DNA of 64,000 bases from Zootoca vivipara (lineage: Eukaryota), in contig NC_083277.1 in NCBI RefSeq assembly GCF_963506605.1, forward strand, positions 24,552,001 through 24,616,000, given 5' to 3'. Shown here one piece after another: positions 1-13,155 of the stretch. The position numbers and the translations under genes are program-made. The notes under the pieces are model-generated. The model searched no databases. It saw only the letters and a program-made list of their open reading frames with translations, and was not told the DNA's origin. Positions within the stretch are counted from its first letter, which is position 1. Every line of letters starts with the position of its first letter.

Positions 1-1488
1 AGTAAAATCATGCTGATGTGGCCTCGGTGCAGTACAAACAGCTGGTGGGTTTGTAAGTTTTCATTTAAATGATATAACAGATTATATATCTTTCATATTT
101 TCAACCTTACCTTTAACATTTGTTTACATTAAAAAGATAAATGTGTAAAAGGTCTTCAGCTATGTTAATACTACTTTCCTTGAAATCACATTCTGATTAG
201 AAACAGGATGGTCCATCCAGTGTCACTTTGTAGCTAGCATGTTTTCCACTTCAGCTAGAAAGTGTTGGCAGTGTATTTTGGTGCTGCTCTGACATGGGTC
301 AGAAGCATTGCAAGGTATTGCGTTCTTTCATTAGAGTAGAGGGTACCCAGGGGAGGTTGCTAAAAATAGCAGCAAGTGAAGAATTAAAGGCAGGGTCTAA
401 ACACTCACATGTATTTTCAAAATATATGTATAGTTAAGTGTCAATAAGTGATTCCTGTTTGGCAACACTGCTCACAAAATTGGACCTTGGAACCTCTAGG
501 TCAGAATTATTTTTTTTCTGCCTTCCTATCATTTTCCAACACAATCATCACATTTGCAGGAGGAAAAGAGGGGGTTTCCTAAAGCTCTGATTCCAGAAGA
601 TAACATATTGTTTCATAGTTTTTAAGAGATTGGAACATGACTTGGAACACTTGGAGTTACCAGGACTCTAGCTCACTCTAGCCTGCTGGACAGCTTTGCT
701 GTCATGTCAGGAGCTGCTTAAATAATTATTATTATTTAATTAATTGCCTAACAAGTAGCATGAAGAAACCAATTCCCACCCATCCAACATAGAATAAGTC
801 AATCAGTTGTATATTGGCATCTTCCAGCTGCATGCAGATGGTGAAATTTTCTTCAACATTTCGGGTTCACATACCATATTAAACTGCTAATAGTTGTCTA
901 CTCCATGAGCATCCAGCGGTCCAAAGGTTAAATGTGACCTTTTTAACAGGCAGGTCAGTCTTTCACTTTACTCTGCTTTGCACTTGAAATTCTTAGAAAA
1001 GGATCTGATCTAAACACAAAGCGTGCAGCCTCTTACTTAGATTTGCTTGTCACAAATTAACGAGAACAAAGCTAGTCCTTGAACAAGAACGAACGAACAG
1101 AGTGTCCAATTGGCAGAGGGTAGCAGGGTAGAGATGGTGACCTGAAACAGCTGGGATGCTGGCAGAATTCTGCATAGATGCAAATAATGCTATCCAAATG
1201 TGTAATAACAGCATGACTTCAGTCAAAGCGTTCAGTTAATGGCTTGAAGTATTTCACCTGCGGAACAGATTATTTTTGTACAGTAGTAATACTGATGCTG
1301 CAGTCTAGAGCCACATTTTAAACCTGAAAAACACAAGGAATTCCTGCTCAAGTGGCATTGCTTTTCATTACGATATCCAGCACTGCTCACCTAAAGCTGT
1401 CCTCTCTGTTGAAGTGAATGGAAAACTCCTTTTAGATTTTCATGTATATATTGCAGCCCAATGATCACAAGGAATCGTAGGGTGTAGA

Positions 1489-1724
1489 CAGGGGTCAGCA
1501 AACTTTTCCACTGTCCCTCAGACCTTGTGGGGGGCCGGACTATATTTTTTTGGGGAAAGAAAGAACGAATTCCTATGCCCCACAAATAACCCAGAGATGC
1601 ATTTTAAATAAAAGGACACATTCTACTCATGTAAAAACACGCTGATTCCCGGACCGTCCGCGGGCCAGATTTAGAAGGTGATTGGGCCAGATTTGGCCCC
1701 CGGGCCTTAGTTTGCCTACCCATG
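1489..1724. mobile_element. hAT (Charlie-type) MITE
   Basis: Imperfect TIRs CAGGGGTCAGCAAACT / AGTTTGCCTACCCATG; degenerate TSD gtgtaga/ctgtaga. Confidence 0.8.
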
Positions 1725-1825
1725 CTGTAGAACTTATAAATTAAAGGCTTTTGCGGATGATGTGGCCCTAACAATGTAATGTAAACCCTAATGTAGAACA
1801 ACCTAATGTAAGCATTCCCAAGGTT

Positions 1826-2930
1826 TTAGATGAAATTGAAAAGTTTGGAGAAGTGGCAGGTTTTAAAATAAATGTAGAAAAGACAAATAATCAAGAGAAT
1901 TAACATGGATAGACAATGGGCTACATACAGAGATCTCTTGGAATTTACAGGGAGTGAACCTCGATTGAAACCAATGGAAGAAGTAAGGAGCCAAATTACA
2001 CATTGGTTACAGTATCATCAAATATATGAAATGTTTAAATTAGATTTTTAAAAAATGGGCTTCCAGATCAAAGCTCACAGTTTGAAAGAGAATTATTATG
2101 GAATAAGGATAAATTGTCAAAAATGTATAACTTTTTATTAGAATGCGAACCAAAAGACAAGTTAGTTAAAGCTTCAGTGACACACTGGGCAATGGATATA
2201 GGGCATAACATAGACCTAAAGCTCTGGGAGAAATTCTGGAGGAATGATTTGAAATTTACTGCATGTAATACTTTGAAAGAGACTTGTATGAAAATGATGG
2301 ATAGATGGCATTTAACAGCGAGTTGGTTGGTCAAGATGTACAAAGTTGGATCAGATCTGTGCTGGTAATGCAGAGAAATGGAAGGAAGAGACCGCCCTAT
2401 ACCCAGAGGTCTCAGGGTGGTTAAAAAGGTTAAAGGCTATGAGGAAATGACCTACAATGACTTTAAAAAATATTTAAAACAACTTTCCCAAAAAAACCTG
2501 AGGCCTATTTGTTAGGAATACTTAAGTATGAAGTTCCCAGTTGTGAGAAAAAAATATTTATGTACACAACACAGCAGCTTGAATTTTGCTAGCCCGAATA
2601 TGGAGAGTGAGGAAGATTGGGAATTTAAGATGATAGAATTTGTAGAAGCAGTAGGTTTAACCTATAGAATAAGAGAGCAAGAAGAATCTTTATTCAAAGA
2701 GGAGTGGAATATTTAGAATATAATTGCTGGTAGCATTTAGATAAATTCAACAGCATGGTAAATATTTGAAGGATGTTAAATGGAGAAATGATTAGATTGG
2801 CTATAGTAAAATATGCAGGAATGATAGGTAAGTAAAATGAACCATGAAAAGGGAAGGAGGGAAGTCAGTTATGTAAAATGTTTATTTTGAGATGTATAAA
2901 CTGAAAAAAATAATTAAAATGTTATTTAAA
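1826..2930 (+). mobile_element. Decayed L1-clade LINE 3' fragment (ORF2 remnants plus 3'UTR)
   Basis: FGEVAGFKINVEKT RT-like motif at ~1844; ORFs 2114-2368 and 2528-2716 resemble ORF2 C-terminus with a Cys-knuckle remnant; purine-rich 3'UTR. Confidence 0.7.
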
Positions 2931-2973
2931 ATGTTAACAACAAATCGCATGTTAACAACAAATCACACAAGTA

Positions 2974-3216
2974 GAAGAAGAGGAGTTTGGATTTGATATC
3001 TCGCTTTATCACTACCCGAAGGAGTCTCAAAGCGACTAACATTCTCCTCTCCCTTCCTCCCCCACAACAAACACTCTGTGCGGTGAGTGGGGCTGAGAGA
3101 CTTCAGAGAAGTGTGTCTAGCCCAAGTCACCCAGCAGCTGCATGTGGAGGAGCGGAGACGTGAACCCTGTTCCCCAGATTACGAGTCTATTGCTCTTAAC
3201 CACTATACCACACTGT
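2974..3216 (-). mobile_element. Squam3-like tRNA-derived SINE
   Basis: On - strand: CAGTGTGGTATAGTGGTTAAGAGC head with A/B boxes, (CTT)n-like tail. Confidence 0.8.
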
Positions 3217-4146
3217 TTTCCATAATGGCCTGGTTCACACATAATGCTAAACAATGTTTTTATTAAACTATAGTGTATTAATCGTGGACTATGGTTCACA
3301 TTGCTAATATCATTTGTGTATTGTCCTGCTATTTTGTGTGGATTTGAATTATTTTAACATGTTGCATTTTGAATGGGCGCACATAAAGTTATATACAGTG
3401 CAGATAATAAGGAATGCTTTCTGGGACTCCTTAAGAACCTGTCCCAAAGTATCCAGCTTCATGGGACTAAGGCTTGGCAAACAATTTTGAAATGAGAGGC
3501 ACCTGAAATGTTGCCTTGTGTGACAGTTTGATAGGACTAGCCAGACAAGTTTGACTGCAGTGATTATTGTTAGAAGGAAAAAACACCCTGTAGGCTGTAC
3601 TACAGTTTGTGCAGACATGAGCTGAAAACGTGTGACGTAAGACAAAAGTGCTTGTAAACAGTATGGTCCAAATTGCATGGAATATATGCAAGTATATATG
3701 CAGACATTGCTTTCTAGCATATGCCAGATCCAAACTGGAAACCATTTGAAATTATTTTGATTGGAATGTTTGTAAAAGTTTCAAACACGCATATACTATT
3801 TATATTGTGTTGGCATCCAGCTGTCTTGGGGGACAGTGGATTGTGCCTCCGGAGTGAGGTCAAACTGCTGGAGAATCTCAGCACCTGATGTGGCTGCAGA
3901 GACCGGTAACTTGTAACTACTGCCTCCAGTGTTCTTTTTGCTGCAATAAAAGCACCAAAGTGACTTCCCTGGGAGTGCAAGCTTGGGCAGTGTGTATGGA
4001 GGTTCTGGGCTGCCCAGATGACAAGACTGCCCAGATGACAAGACCACACTGATATGGTCCAAAGGAAAGCAGAGCAGTACATTTGGCACCAGCTTGGCTG
4101 CAGGAGTTACTGGAAGGAGGCTTACAAAACTCCATCCTACTGTCTT

Positions 4147-4306
4147 NNNNNNNNNNNNNNNNNNNNNNNNNNNNNNNNNNNNNNNNNNNNNNNNNNNNNN
4201 NNNNNNNNNNNNNNNNNNNNNNNNNNNNNNNNNNNNNNNNNNNNNNNNNNNNNNNNNNNNNNNNNNNNNNNNNNNNNNNNNNNNNNNNNNNNNNNNNNNN
4301 NNNNNN
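4147..4306. other. Assembly gap (160 N)
   Basis: Run of N. Confidence 1.
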
Positions 4307-4418
4307 TGAAAAGTTACTGATTTTACATGCTTGGAGAACAGTGGTGGAAATCATCATAACACTAAGCATTGATTCTTGCCTGATGGAAAGATCTCCCATT
4401 TTCTCTCCTTAAACAAAA

Positions 4419-4568
4419 TATCTGAAGAAATGTGTGCATGCACACGAAAGCTCATACCAATGACAAACTTAGTTGGTCTCTAAGGTGCTAAAGGAAGGAA
4501 TTTTTCTATTTTATTTTTACCATATTTTGTTTCGACGGCAGACCAACACGGTTTACCTACCAGTAACT
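4419..4568 (+). mobile_element. Penelope-like pLTR fragment with minimal hammerhead motif (4419-4457)
   Basis: CTGAAGA-aat-GTGTGCATGCACAC-GAAA-GCTC-ATAC followed by the family sequence ending cagaccaacacgg..tacctac..gtaac. Confidence 0.75.
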
Positions 4569-6185
4569 ACAAAAATAAAGTTACATATAAAAATGTTACA
4601 TTAGTATAAAGTTACACACACACACCAATATCAATTAATTTTTTTCTGACACACCCTCCCTCTAAGTCTCGTTCTCACCCAGGGTTCAAATAAACAAACA
4701 AACAAATTATCTCTATTCCAGCTGCTAAGTTTAACTCATACTGGGTTCATCTATCATGTTACTAATCACTGTTTTGAAACAATGCATTTCTAAAAGTGGA
4801 TTTTTTTTCTATAGAGAAATAGTATGAAATATTTTCTATACCACACAACTGATTCTAGAGCTCCCTACATTCTCCTTTTAGATACGTGACTTCTCATTAC
4901 TTCTGGCTTTAATATAGTGATTAACATAATTGCTGCATTCTGTTTTATTTCATTTTAACTAATTTTTATGGATTTAAATATCGTGTTTGTATAATCTTCT
5001 GTACCAGCATTGCCTTCTGAATTTCAGAAAGGTAACTGATCAACATGATAAAACATGTATGCTAACTCATGAGATCTGCTTTCTTTTATATTACATATTT
5101 TTTTGAAGTCTTGGTATTCTTGTGTTACTTATCATACATGAGTTATCGTATTGATCAGTTGTCTTCTTGGACATACCATTTGCAGTAGGATACTTTCTCT
5201 TCCTGAGACAATTGGTCAGACAAATATGCTGAATGTTTTATTGGAATTCTGAAAGTATATAATACTCAGCCTTTTAAAATGTGAATTCTAGAGTAGCAAT
5301 GCATTGCAGCAGTCTAGAATTCTTTTTTTAAACTGTCCTTATATGAAAGACGACGGTTTATGTAACATCATTAATCTGTAAACTAGCTGAATAGTTTTGT
5401 TGTTTGTTTGAATATAAGTTTATTTCTTCCTACCTTTTGTGGTATAGAGAAGGATTCTTCATCATTATCTTAGAAGTCTATCTGGTATAATTAGCAGATG
5501 TAATTGATTGACAGCAGTTTCAACAGGTTTCCTAAACACTTTGACACTCAGTTTTGGGGGTGCTCAAGAGCACTTGCCTGACCAGTGCTAAAAACAAACA
5601 TCACTCTGAAAAGTGAAGCTGGGGCTGGCTGACTTGGTGATGGATGGTGGAGGTAATGGAACCTTGCACCCCAACACCAAAACAAGCCCAAGCCTTCACT
5701 TTCAGCTGTCAAAAGAAAGGGGCTGGGCCTGTCCATTTGGGTGCTAGGCTCCCTAGAGTGTCTGTCTCTATCTCCAAATTTGGAGTTAAAGAGCAGTGGT
5801 TGCACACAGGCCCACTGGCTTGATGGATCCCTGTTACTGTGGCTCTTTGGATATATGCAGTAATCCTAATTGGAAATCTACTAATTTCTCAATTACTGTA
5901 TTCCTCTTGTCTCCCAGGAAATATATTTATGCAGTGCCGATGGCACAGGGGTGTATGACAGCATGTTTTGGATTATGCCCCTAGGTACCATAAAGGCTTT
6001 ATCTAGTTTTAGACTGGTGTGTTTTAATATATGGCAGCTAATGCGTATTGTTATTTAGGAAATGTATGAATTGTATAGTGGGAAATGTGACTTCTAGTAC
6101 CGTATTTTTTTCTTGATTTCAATCCATCCTAAATTTTAGAGTAAAACTCAGGAGACATCATGCCCCATGTTTAACCTACTAGCTA

Positions 6186-6538
6186 TAAAGTAAAGGACCC
6201 CTGACAGTTAAGTCCAGTCGCGAACGACTTTGGGGTTGCGGTACTCATCTCAATTTACTGGTCAAGGGAGCCGACGTTTGTCCGCAGACAGTTTTTTCAG
6301 GTCATGTGGCCAGCATGACTAAGCCACTTCTGGTGAAACCAGAGCAGTGCACGGAAACAGCATTTACCTTCCCGCTGGAGTGGTACCTATTTATCTACTT
6401 GCACTTTGACGTGCTTTCGAACTGCTAGGTTGGCAGGAGCTGGGACCGAGCAATGGGAGCTCACCCCATTGCGGGGATTTGAACCGCCAACCTTCCGATC
6501 GGCAAGCCCTAGGCTCAGTGGTTTAGACCACAGCGCCA
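6186..6538 (-). mobile_element. Sauria SINE
   Basis: Reverse complement of the 11513/16101 copies, with (ACCTTT)-type tail. Confidence 0.9.
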
Positions 6539-7265
6539 TGAAATTCACTTCCTGTAGAGACTTGCCTAAACTGCTTTCATTCCAGATTTTAGATAGCAGG
6601 AAACAGATTTTCTAGGCTGGCATTTAGAATGTTTGTTCACTGCTGAACTTTTTGTTCTTATATAATGTAATTGTCTTGGTATTTGTATTGGTTGGTAACA
6701 TAAATTGTTGAAAGCAAAGGTGTTATGGGGGGATTTATATACCATACCTTATTATTTTAGGATAGTTTACAATACATCCCCACCCCCCAAGCCAGCACAA
6801 ACCGCCTTTTGTACAGCAATATAAAAAGTTGGTATTCAGATTAAAAGTGATTTGAAAGTGAAATAAGGCCTGGTTTGGACATAAGCAAAAATCTCACCTC
6901 CACCCTTGCCCAGCCCCTTCTCTTCTGCACATACTGCAACTGAAGACTTCTTATGGATTAGTTACCCATAGTTTACCTTTACATCAAAAACAGGGGAAAC
7001 TGTGGTTCAGAGCAAATCAGGATTTGGTGGGAGGCAGGGAACAGAATACACATTAGTAACAAAAAAGATAGAGAGAAGGGAAATAAAGGAAAAAGTAGAG
7101 GGAGGCTAGTTTTTGAAGGCCAGAAAAAATGATCTGTGGGTATTTAATATCTAGCCTGAAATAGTCAGTGTTCTTTCTTGAATAGCAATTGGTGGCTCTT
7201 TGGCCAGTGGTTGGGGCCTTTCCCTCTGTTAAGCTTTCTAGTGGGTTTGCCACCCCCAAATGACA

Positions 7266-7269
<4 letters not shown>

Positions 7270-7306
<37 letters not shown>

Positions 7307-7334
7307 GTGTGTTGTGTGTTGTGTGTGTGTGTGT
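7270..7334. repeat. (TG)n microsatellite, interrupted
   Basis: Seen directly. Confidence 0.95.
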
Positions 7335-9859
7335 AGGAGGTGTATTTGCCTGAAATTGGGCAGAGGGATTTTACTCCATTGGGAGCTCTGCTGACACAAG
7401 ATCCCTCCGCTCAGTTTCAGAGAACTCTGCCTTCCCACAGCAACCCTATATGACACAGACTCCACTGTTTGGAGGAGTGTCACTCTGGACAGAGTTTTTG
7501 GTTGGTTCGGGGGGGGGGGCTGTGGGGACCGGAGGAGGGAAAGATAGCAGTCACTTGCATAGATTGCAAAGCACTCATGCAACCATTAGATGCTACCCAA
7601 GAAATTTACCATTTGCTGCTTTTCTTGGTATTGCAAATTTTGGCCACCAGACAAAGGAGCCCATAATCTCATTTAGGACTCCAGGATTAAGCTCCCACAA
7701 GGGACATAAAGCATTGATTTTCAGGTGTTGGATTGGGACCCACAGGTTCACAGCCTAATCCAAGGTGGGTTGCAACCATAGCACTACCACCATACAAATA
7801 TGTAGGGGGGAAAGGGGGGGGGGCGTCTTGAAATTCATGTTTGAGTTAAAGGTTGGTCCCATGGCTGAAAGGGTTGAGATTAATGGTATAAAAAATTCAT
7901 AAACTGATGTGCTCAAATAATTTCATTGCTTACAGTAAGTCACAAAGGTTAAAATTTGATTCTGAGTGCTATGGAGGCTAGCATAATACATTTTAGCAAC
8001 CCAGGAAGCCGCCTGATACACCTTTCCAAAATAGTTTCAATACTTGAGATTGGAAATGTCAAGTTGAAGTGCAACTTTGTTTTAAATCAGAATTAAAAAT
8101 TAAATTTTAAGAATCAAGGCAAGTGATTTTCATGTTGTTTACTGTTAAACTATGCTATACTTGTAAACAAGCAGTTTCCATGGTATTCCAACACCATTCC
8201 AAGAGTTTTTTAAATAACCAGGCAATAAATTTTCAGAATGGCAACCCATTCATAAGATCTTGTTCTCTACATGAATGTAGTAGCGGGGTGGACACGGTCC
8301 ACTTGGTTGAGGCATTGTGACTGATCTGGCTATGAACCTTTGCTCAAGTATTCAGTTGCAGATTCCTTGCATCAATAAGTGATATGCTGTGAGTGAGAAA
8401 ATAGTTTTCTACCTCCAAAAGAGATATGCTTGGAGGTCCAGACTCGTTGACTGTGTGTTTTGTTTGTTCTTTCTCCATACAATGGTAGTTATAAATGTCA
8501 TTCTGCCACGGAATGTACTTTATGATGTTCTGTAGAAAAGCTAAGCTGTTGTTACAAAACTGATAATGATTGGCCCTTACTGCATAGGCTGTCTTGCAAA
8601 CTGAAGAAATATGATTTAGCTGTCCATATATCTTAAAACGGTTTTTAATTGCTGAGTACAGCCTGCTATCCAGATTAAAATGATATTGATTGGTATATTT
8701 AGTGCCAGGGCAGCCTGTGCTTTGAATTTATATGATTCAAATATACCGGTAACTGGAAACCATGGTTTCCTGCCTCAGGCTTAGGCTCAGTCTCACCCCT
8801 TTCATCTTTGTACCTGCAAGGAAGAAGCAAGGAACGTTCAAACTCTACTTTGTGAGAGCAAACCAGCTTCAGAGCCTGGTTTCAGATCCTGGCTTGTTCA
8901 GTAATCAACAGCTTCCCCAAGTTCATACACTGTGGCAAACTGCTGTTACTGGCATCTGTTTGTCTCTAGAGAGCAATGGAATGTACTTCTGGGGGTGAAG
9001 TCAAACCACTGTGTTAGCAGCACTGAAGTTACTTTCCCAGGACGCAAGCAAACAGTGGCTTGTTTAAATGCCGGGACTTTTGATCTTCTTGCAGGTATGA
9101 AAGTGGGGATGAGCCCACTAGTTCATTAACATAGCAGGAAGCCATTTTGAAGGTGATTTTCTAGCATATTACCTCTGTTTGTTGTCAGGGAGATAATAAA
9201 GAAACACTATTCCAATTTAGAAGTCTATTATAATAGTAGCCTACATGTAAGGTTTATTATTTTGTCCAAATGTCATCGTACAGCCAGATTTTCTGCTCAG
9301 TTTTTTCACTCCCTTTTGTAAGTGTTTTCTAGATCTGTGGTACCAGATGGCTGGGATATAATATCCTATTAAATAGAACTATTTGATACATAACGCTGTC
9401 TAGTTAAAGCTATGCCTTTAAAATGTATGCAGTCTGATCCTATGCATGTTTGCTACGAAATTTTTGCTAGCAGTTAAATTCCTATGCCTTTGAGTAATGC
9501 CTTAGAAATGTTTAATAACTTTTCTCAACCTGTGTGCAATTTACTAAAAAAGAAAAAAGAAAGAATATGTGCTCTTTCTAGTTTCTAATGCTTTTCTTAA
9601 AGTAGTATAAACTCAGTTCTATATTCAAGTACCTATAGATAATGACTGTCAATAAGCTATTTTTGTATTCACTCTGAAGTAGATATGTTGCAATACTTAA
9701 TTCCATAACTATTGAGTATTCATTTCTCCACTCCCACGTGTAGCTTTTGAAACTCCGTCTGTTATTCACCTACAGCGACATTACATGGTTATTTTATATA
9801 AATTCTTGTACCACCATTTTGAATACTTGTGAGACATACCCTTTGTCTTTTTATTTTAG

Positions 9860-9964
9860 ATATGCCAATATTTGGCCTATGCCCAGCTCATGATGATTTC
9901 TATTTGGTGATGTGTAACCACTGTAATCAGGTCGTAAAACCACAGGCATTTCAATCACATTATG
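9860..9964 (+). CDS. ATXN7: Ataxin-7 coding exon (N-terminal Zn-finger region, [35 protein letters not shown])
   Basis: ttttag|AT...TATG|gtaagt; 105 bp, phase 1-1; peptide recognisable as ataxin-7 Zn finger (CxxC...H). Confidence 0.97.
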
Positions 9965-11264
9965 GTAAGTACTGAACCATTTTTTAATCATTAGGGTGAG
10001 GTAAAATCAGGATTAAGCCTGGCAATTTTAGATTATCCTTCTTTGTGATCTTTACAGCCGATGTTGCACATGGCATTATGTAAATATTGTACAAATATGA
10101 ATTGTGCATATGATTGCACTTTCATGTTAAATTTTTAAAAAAGGCATAGCAAAAAAATTTATAGCCCATGTTTTATTTTATACTTTTTGAAATATTGTTT
10201 ATTAGGTTTGCAAATGTTTCTTAAACACTCAGAGATTTGAACAGCATTATAAATAAGGAAAACAGAAGAAAAAGATTCAGAAGAAAAAGAGTTGAGTTGA
10301 TGCTATCTTGCATACAGAACCTAGAGTTTACTCTTATATAGCTTTTACACATACTTGTGAAGACTAGAAATGTTCTTCTTTACATTAGTTACTTTTGGGG
10401 GTATGTGAATTGGCCTTAAAGGTGAGCATATATTACCTCCATTAAGACCTCTTTCCTGCTGTAAAATAAGGAGAATCTAGGCTGTTTCATTTGAAACCAG
10501 TTATACAATTCCAACAATGATGCAACAATTCAGAAAATGCTAAACTTGAACATGTTAGAAGCAGAGCATATGTGTTTGGATGTTTTAATTTGTTGGAAGC
10601 TACCCAGAGTGGCTGGGGCAACCCTGTTAGATGAGTGGCTCCCCATGATAGTTCATATATATTGCAGTATAGAGTGTTTTGATACTAGATATAGTTGTAG
10701 TGAATCTTACGTGAGTTCTGATTTGATGTGTTGGTATTAACATATTATTTATGGTGAAGAAATAAAATGTTGTCCGTAGGGCTGATAAACACTCAGGATT
10801 GCATCTAATTTAAGTCCCATGCAGAGTAGACCCACTGAAATTAATTGAGTTGTTACCTTTTGGAAGTAGAACAAAGCCAACTGTTTACATTTAAAATAAT
10901 GTTTAAAAAGAAAATATTGAAATTTATTGGGGCAAGCAAAAGCACATGGAGCCACTAATGAAAATCTCTATCAAAAAAAGCGCAGCAAAGGTGGGTTTTG
11001 TAGGCTTGATGCCATATGCTACTACCAGCAAATGGGTTGAAGATAAAGTAAAGAGAGTGGCACCAGAATTATATTATGGAAGTGGGGTTGTACTACAAAT
11101 ACTGTAGTACAAAGATAATCTTTCCCTGATCCTAATTGCCTCTCATGAAACCCATTTTAAAAGTGTGGTGAAAATTTCCTCCACAAGTGGCTCCTTGACA
11201 ACTCCTTTTGTCTCTTTGTTGACAAACTAATTTACAGGAAGTTCAATAGACTTCTGTTTCAGTA

Positions 11265-11301
11265 TATCTGAAGAAGTGTGCATGCACATGAAAGCTCATA
11301 C
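11265..11301 (+). ncRNA. Minimal type-I hammerhead ribozyme motif in a Penelope-like fragment (fragment ~11265-11350)
   Basis: tat-CTGAAGA-A-GTGTGC/AT/GCACAT-GAAA-GC-TC-atac: intact core, 6-bp stem II, palindromic AGCU stem III, 3-bp stem I. Confidence 0.6.
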
Positions 11302-11512
11302 CAGAACAAACTTAGTTGGTCTATAAGGTGCTACTGGACAATTTTTTATTTTTTTATTTTTATTGTAAATATATAATTAGTATTACTTTAAGGCTGGTTT
11401 CAGTAAAGTATTTAAAAATACAATCCAGAAATATTGCCATCTGTAAATGTATAATGGCATTTCAATTTTTTAATAGACATTCACTAATTAAAATAAAGTA
11501 CCAGTATGAGTA

Positions 11513-11870
11513 GGGACCCAGGTGGCGCTGTGGTTAAACCACTGAGCCTAGGGCTTGCTGAACAGAAGGTCGGCGGTTCGAATCCCTGTGACGGGGTGAG
11601 CTCCCGTTGCTTGGTCCCAGCTCCTGCCAACCTAGCAGTTCGAAAGCATGTCAAAGTGCAAGTAGATAAATAGGAACCGCTACAGCGGGAAGGTAAACGG
11701 CGTTTCCGTGTGCTGCTCTGGTTTGCCAGAATCGGCTTTGTCATGCTGACCACATGACCTGGAAGCTATACGCCGGCTCCCTCGGCCAATAATGCGAGAT
11801 GAGCGCACAACCCCAGAGTCGGTCACGACTGGACCTAATGGTCAGGGGTCCCTTTACCTTTACCTTTACC
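11513..11870 (+). mobile_element. Sauria SINE, full length
   Basis: GGTGGCGCTGTGG A-box, GGTTCGAATCC B-box, (ACCTTT)n tail; flanking direct repeat taccagtatgagtaggga at 11499-11516 / 11867-11884. Confidence 0.95.
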
Positions 11871-11905
11871 AGTATGAGTAGGGAGGCCCTGCAAAACAAT
11901 AATGG

Positions 11906-11965
11906 AATCATAGAATTGTAGAGGTAGAAGGGACTCCGAGAGTCATCTAGTCCAACTCTACAATG
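11906..11965 (-). mobile_element. CR1 LINE 3' tail
   Basis: Reverse complement of gttggactagatgac...ttctatgatt. Confidence 0.6.
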
Positions 11966-12812
11966 CAGAATTCCTGTCAATGGCCATCCTTAGGTAGCCT
12001 CAAACCACCAGCTTTCCGGTTAACAGCCAGACTCACTGACCCATTGTGCCACCTGAGGATTGAGTCAGCTTTTGTTGGTATTATTTGAAAGAAGTGAGGT
12101 GGTAGTTAACTGATTGTTTTGAAAGCTTTTAAGTGTATTTTAATATGTGTGCAACATTTTTGAAAGAGAGAATTTTAATGAAATATAATTTATATCCATG
12201 AGAGACCAAGGCAGGTTTATAACCATTAATGAAAATGGCAAAGTTCTTGGAACTGTCAAGTGTTATAAAATGTTATAAAAAACAATCAAGTTTTATGAGA
12301 CATGGGAGGGAGGAAATGTTAGAATGCCTACAAATATTTAAAATGATAGTTTTGTGGGATTTTGTAACTATAGATAGTTCTTTCGACATTATGGAAAACT
12401 ACAGTTAAGCTTCCTTAGCCATGTTCTAGCATGGTGAGATGCTTGAATTGAGCCAAAAAGGGGGGGGGGCTTGATAAAAAGAATAGTTAATTTTTTTGGT
12501 ATGTGCTTTATAGTCACTATTCCCCGACTTCTTCCTCCTTTCTGTAGAATGGGGTTAAGAGTGACATATACAGAAATATTTTGAGGATATGTTTTGTATA
12601 CCAACTGAATGTTATTCTTCAGATGTCAAACCTATGTATCGTTTCCTCCCCATCTTTTTCCACTAGGCTACCTTGCAGTATATTGTGTTTTCATACAGTC
12701 CATGTTGAGTGTTTATTGTGTGTTCACTCTAGTTACAGTAGACTGAAGTCTTATGATCATGATTTTTGTCTGCTTATTAGTGAAGCTGATTACAGAAACT
12801 AGTATTGTTGAT

Positions 12813-13155
12813 TGTTGTTGTTGTTTAGTCGTTTAGTCGTGTCCGACTCTTCGTGACCCCATGGACCAGAGCACGCCAGGCACTCCTGTCTTGCACTGCC
12901 TCCCGCAGTTTGGTCAAACTCATGTTCGTAGCTTCGAGAACACTGTCCAACCATCTTGTCCTCTGTCGTCCCCTTCTCCTAGTGCCCTCAATCTTTCCCA
13001 ACATCAGGGTCTTTTCCAAGGATTCTTCTCTTCTCATGAGGTGGCCAAAGTATTGGAGCCTCAGCTTCACGATCTGTCCTTCCAGGGAGCACTCAGGGCT
13101 GATTTCCTTAAGAATGGATAGGTTTGATCTTCTTGCAGTCCATGGGACTCTCAAG
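12813..13155 (-). mobile_element. BovB (RTE clade) LINE, 5'-truncated
   Basis: ORF MRVPWTARRSN...YFGHLMRR...LMLGKIEG.RRRGRQR.RWLD; (CAA)n tail; 12-bp TSD agtattgttgat at 12801-12 / 13156-67. Confidence 0.95.

Noticed and set aside
3830-4146. Possible old LINE fragment with a tandem ctgcccagatgacaaga duplication
   Set aside because: Family cannot be assigned and the sequence is cut by the gap
3917-4412. ORFs spanning the N gap (also 51954-52211)
   Set aside because: Artefacts of translating N runs
11513-11600. tRNA-like A/B boxes
   Set aside because: SINE heads, not tRNA genes
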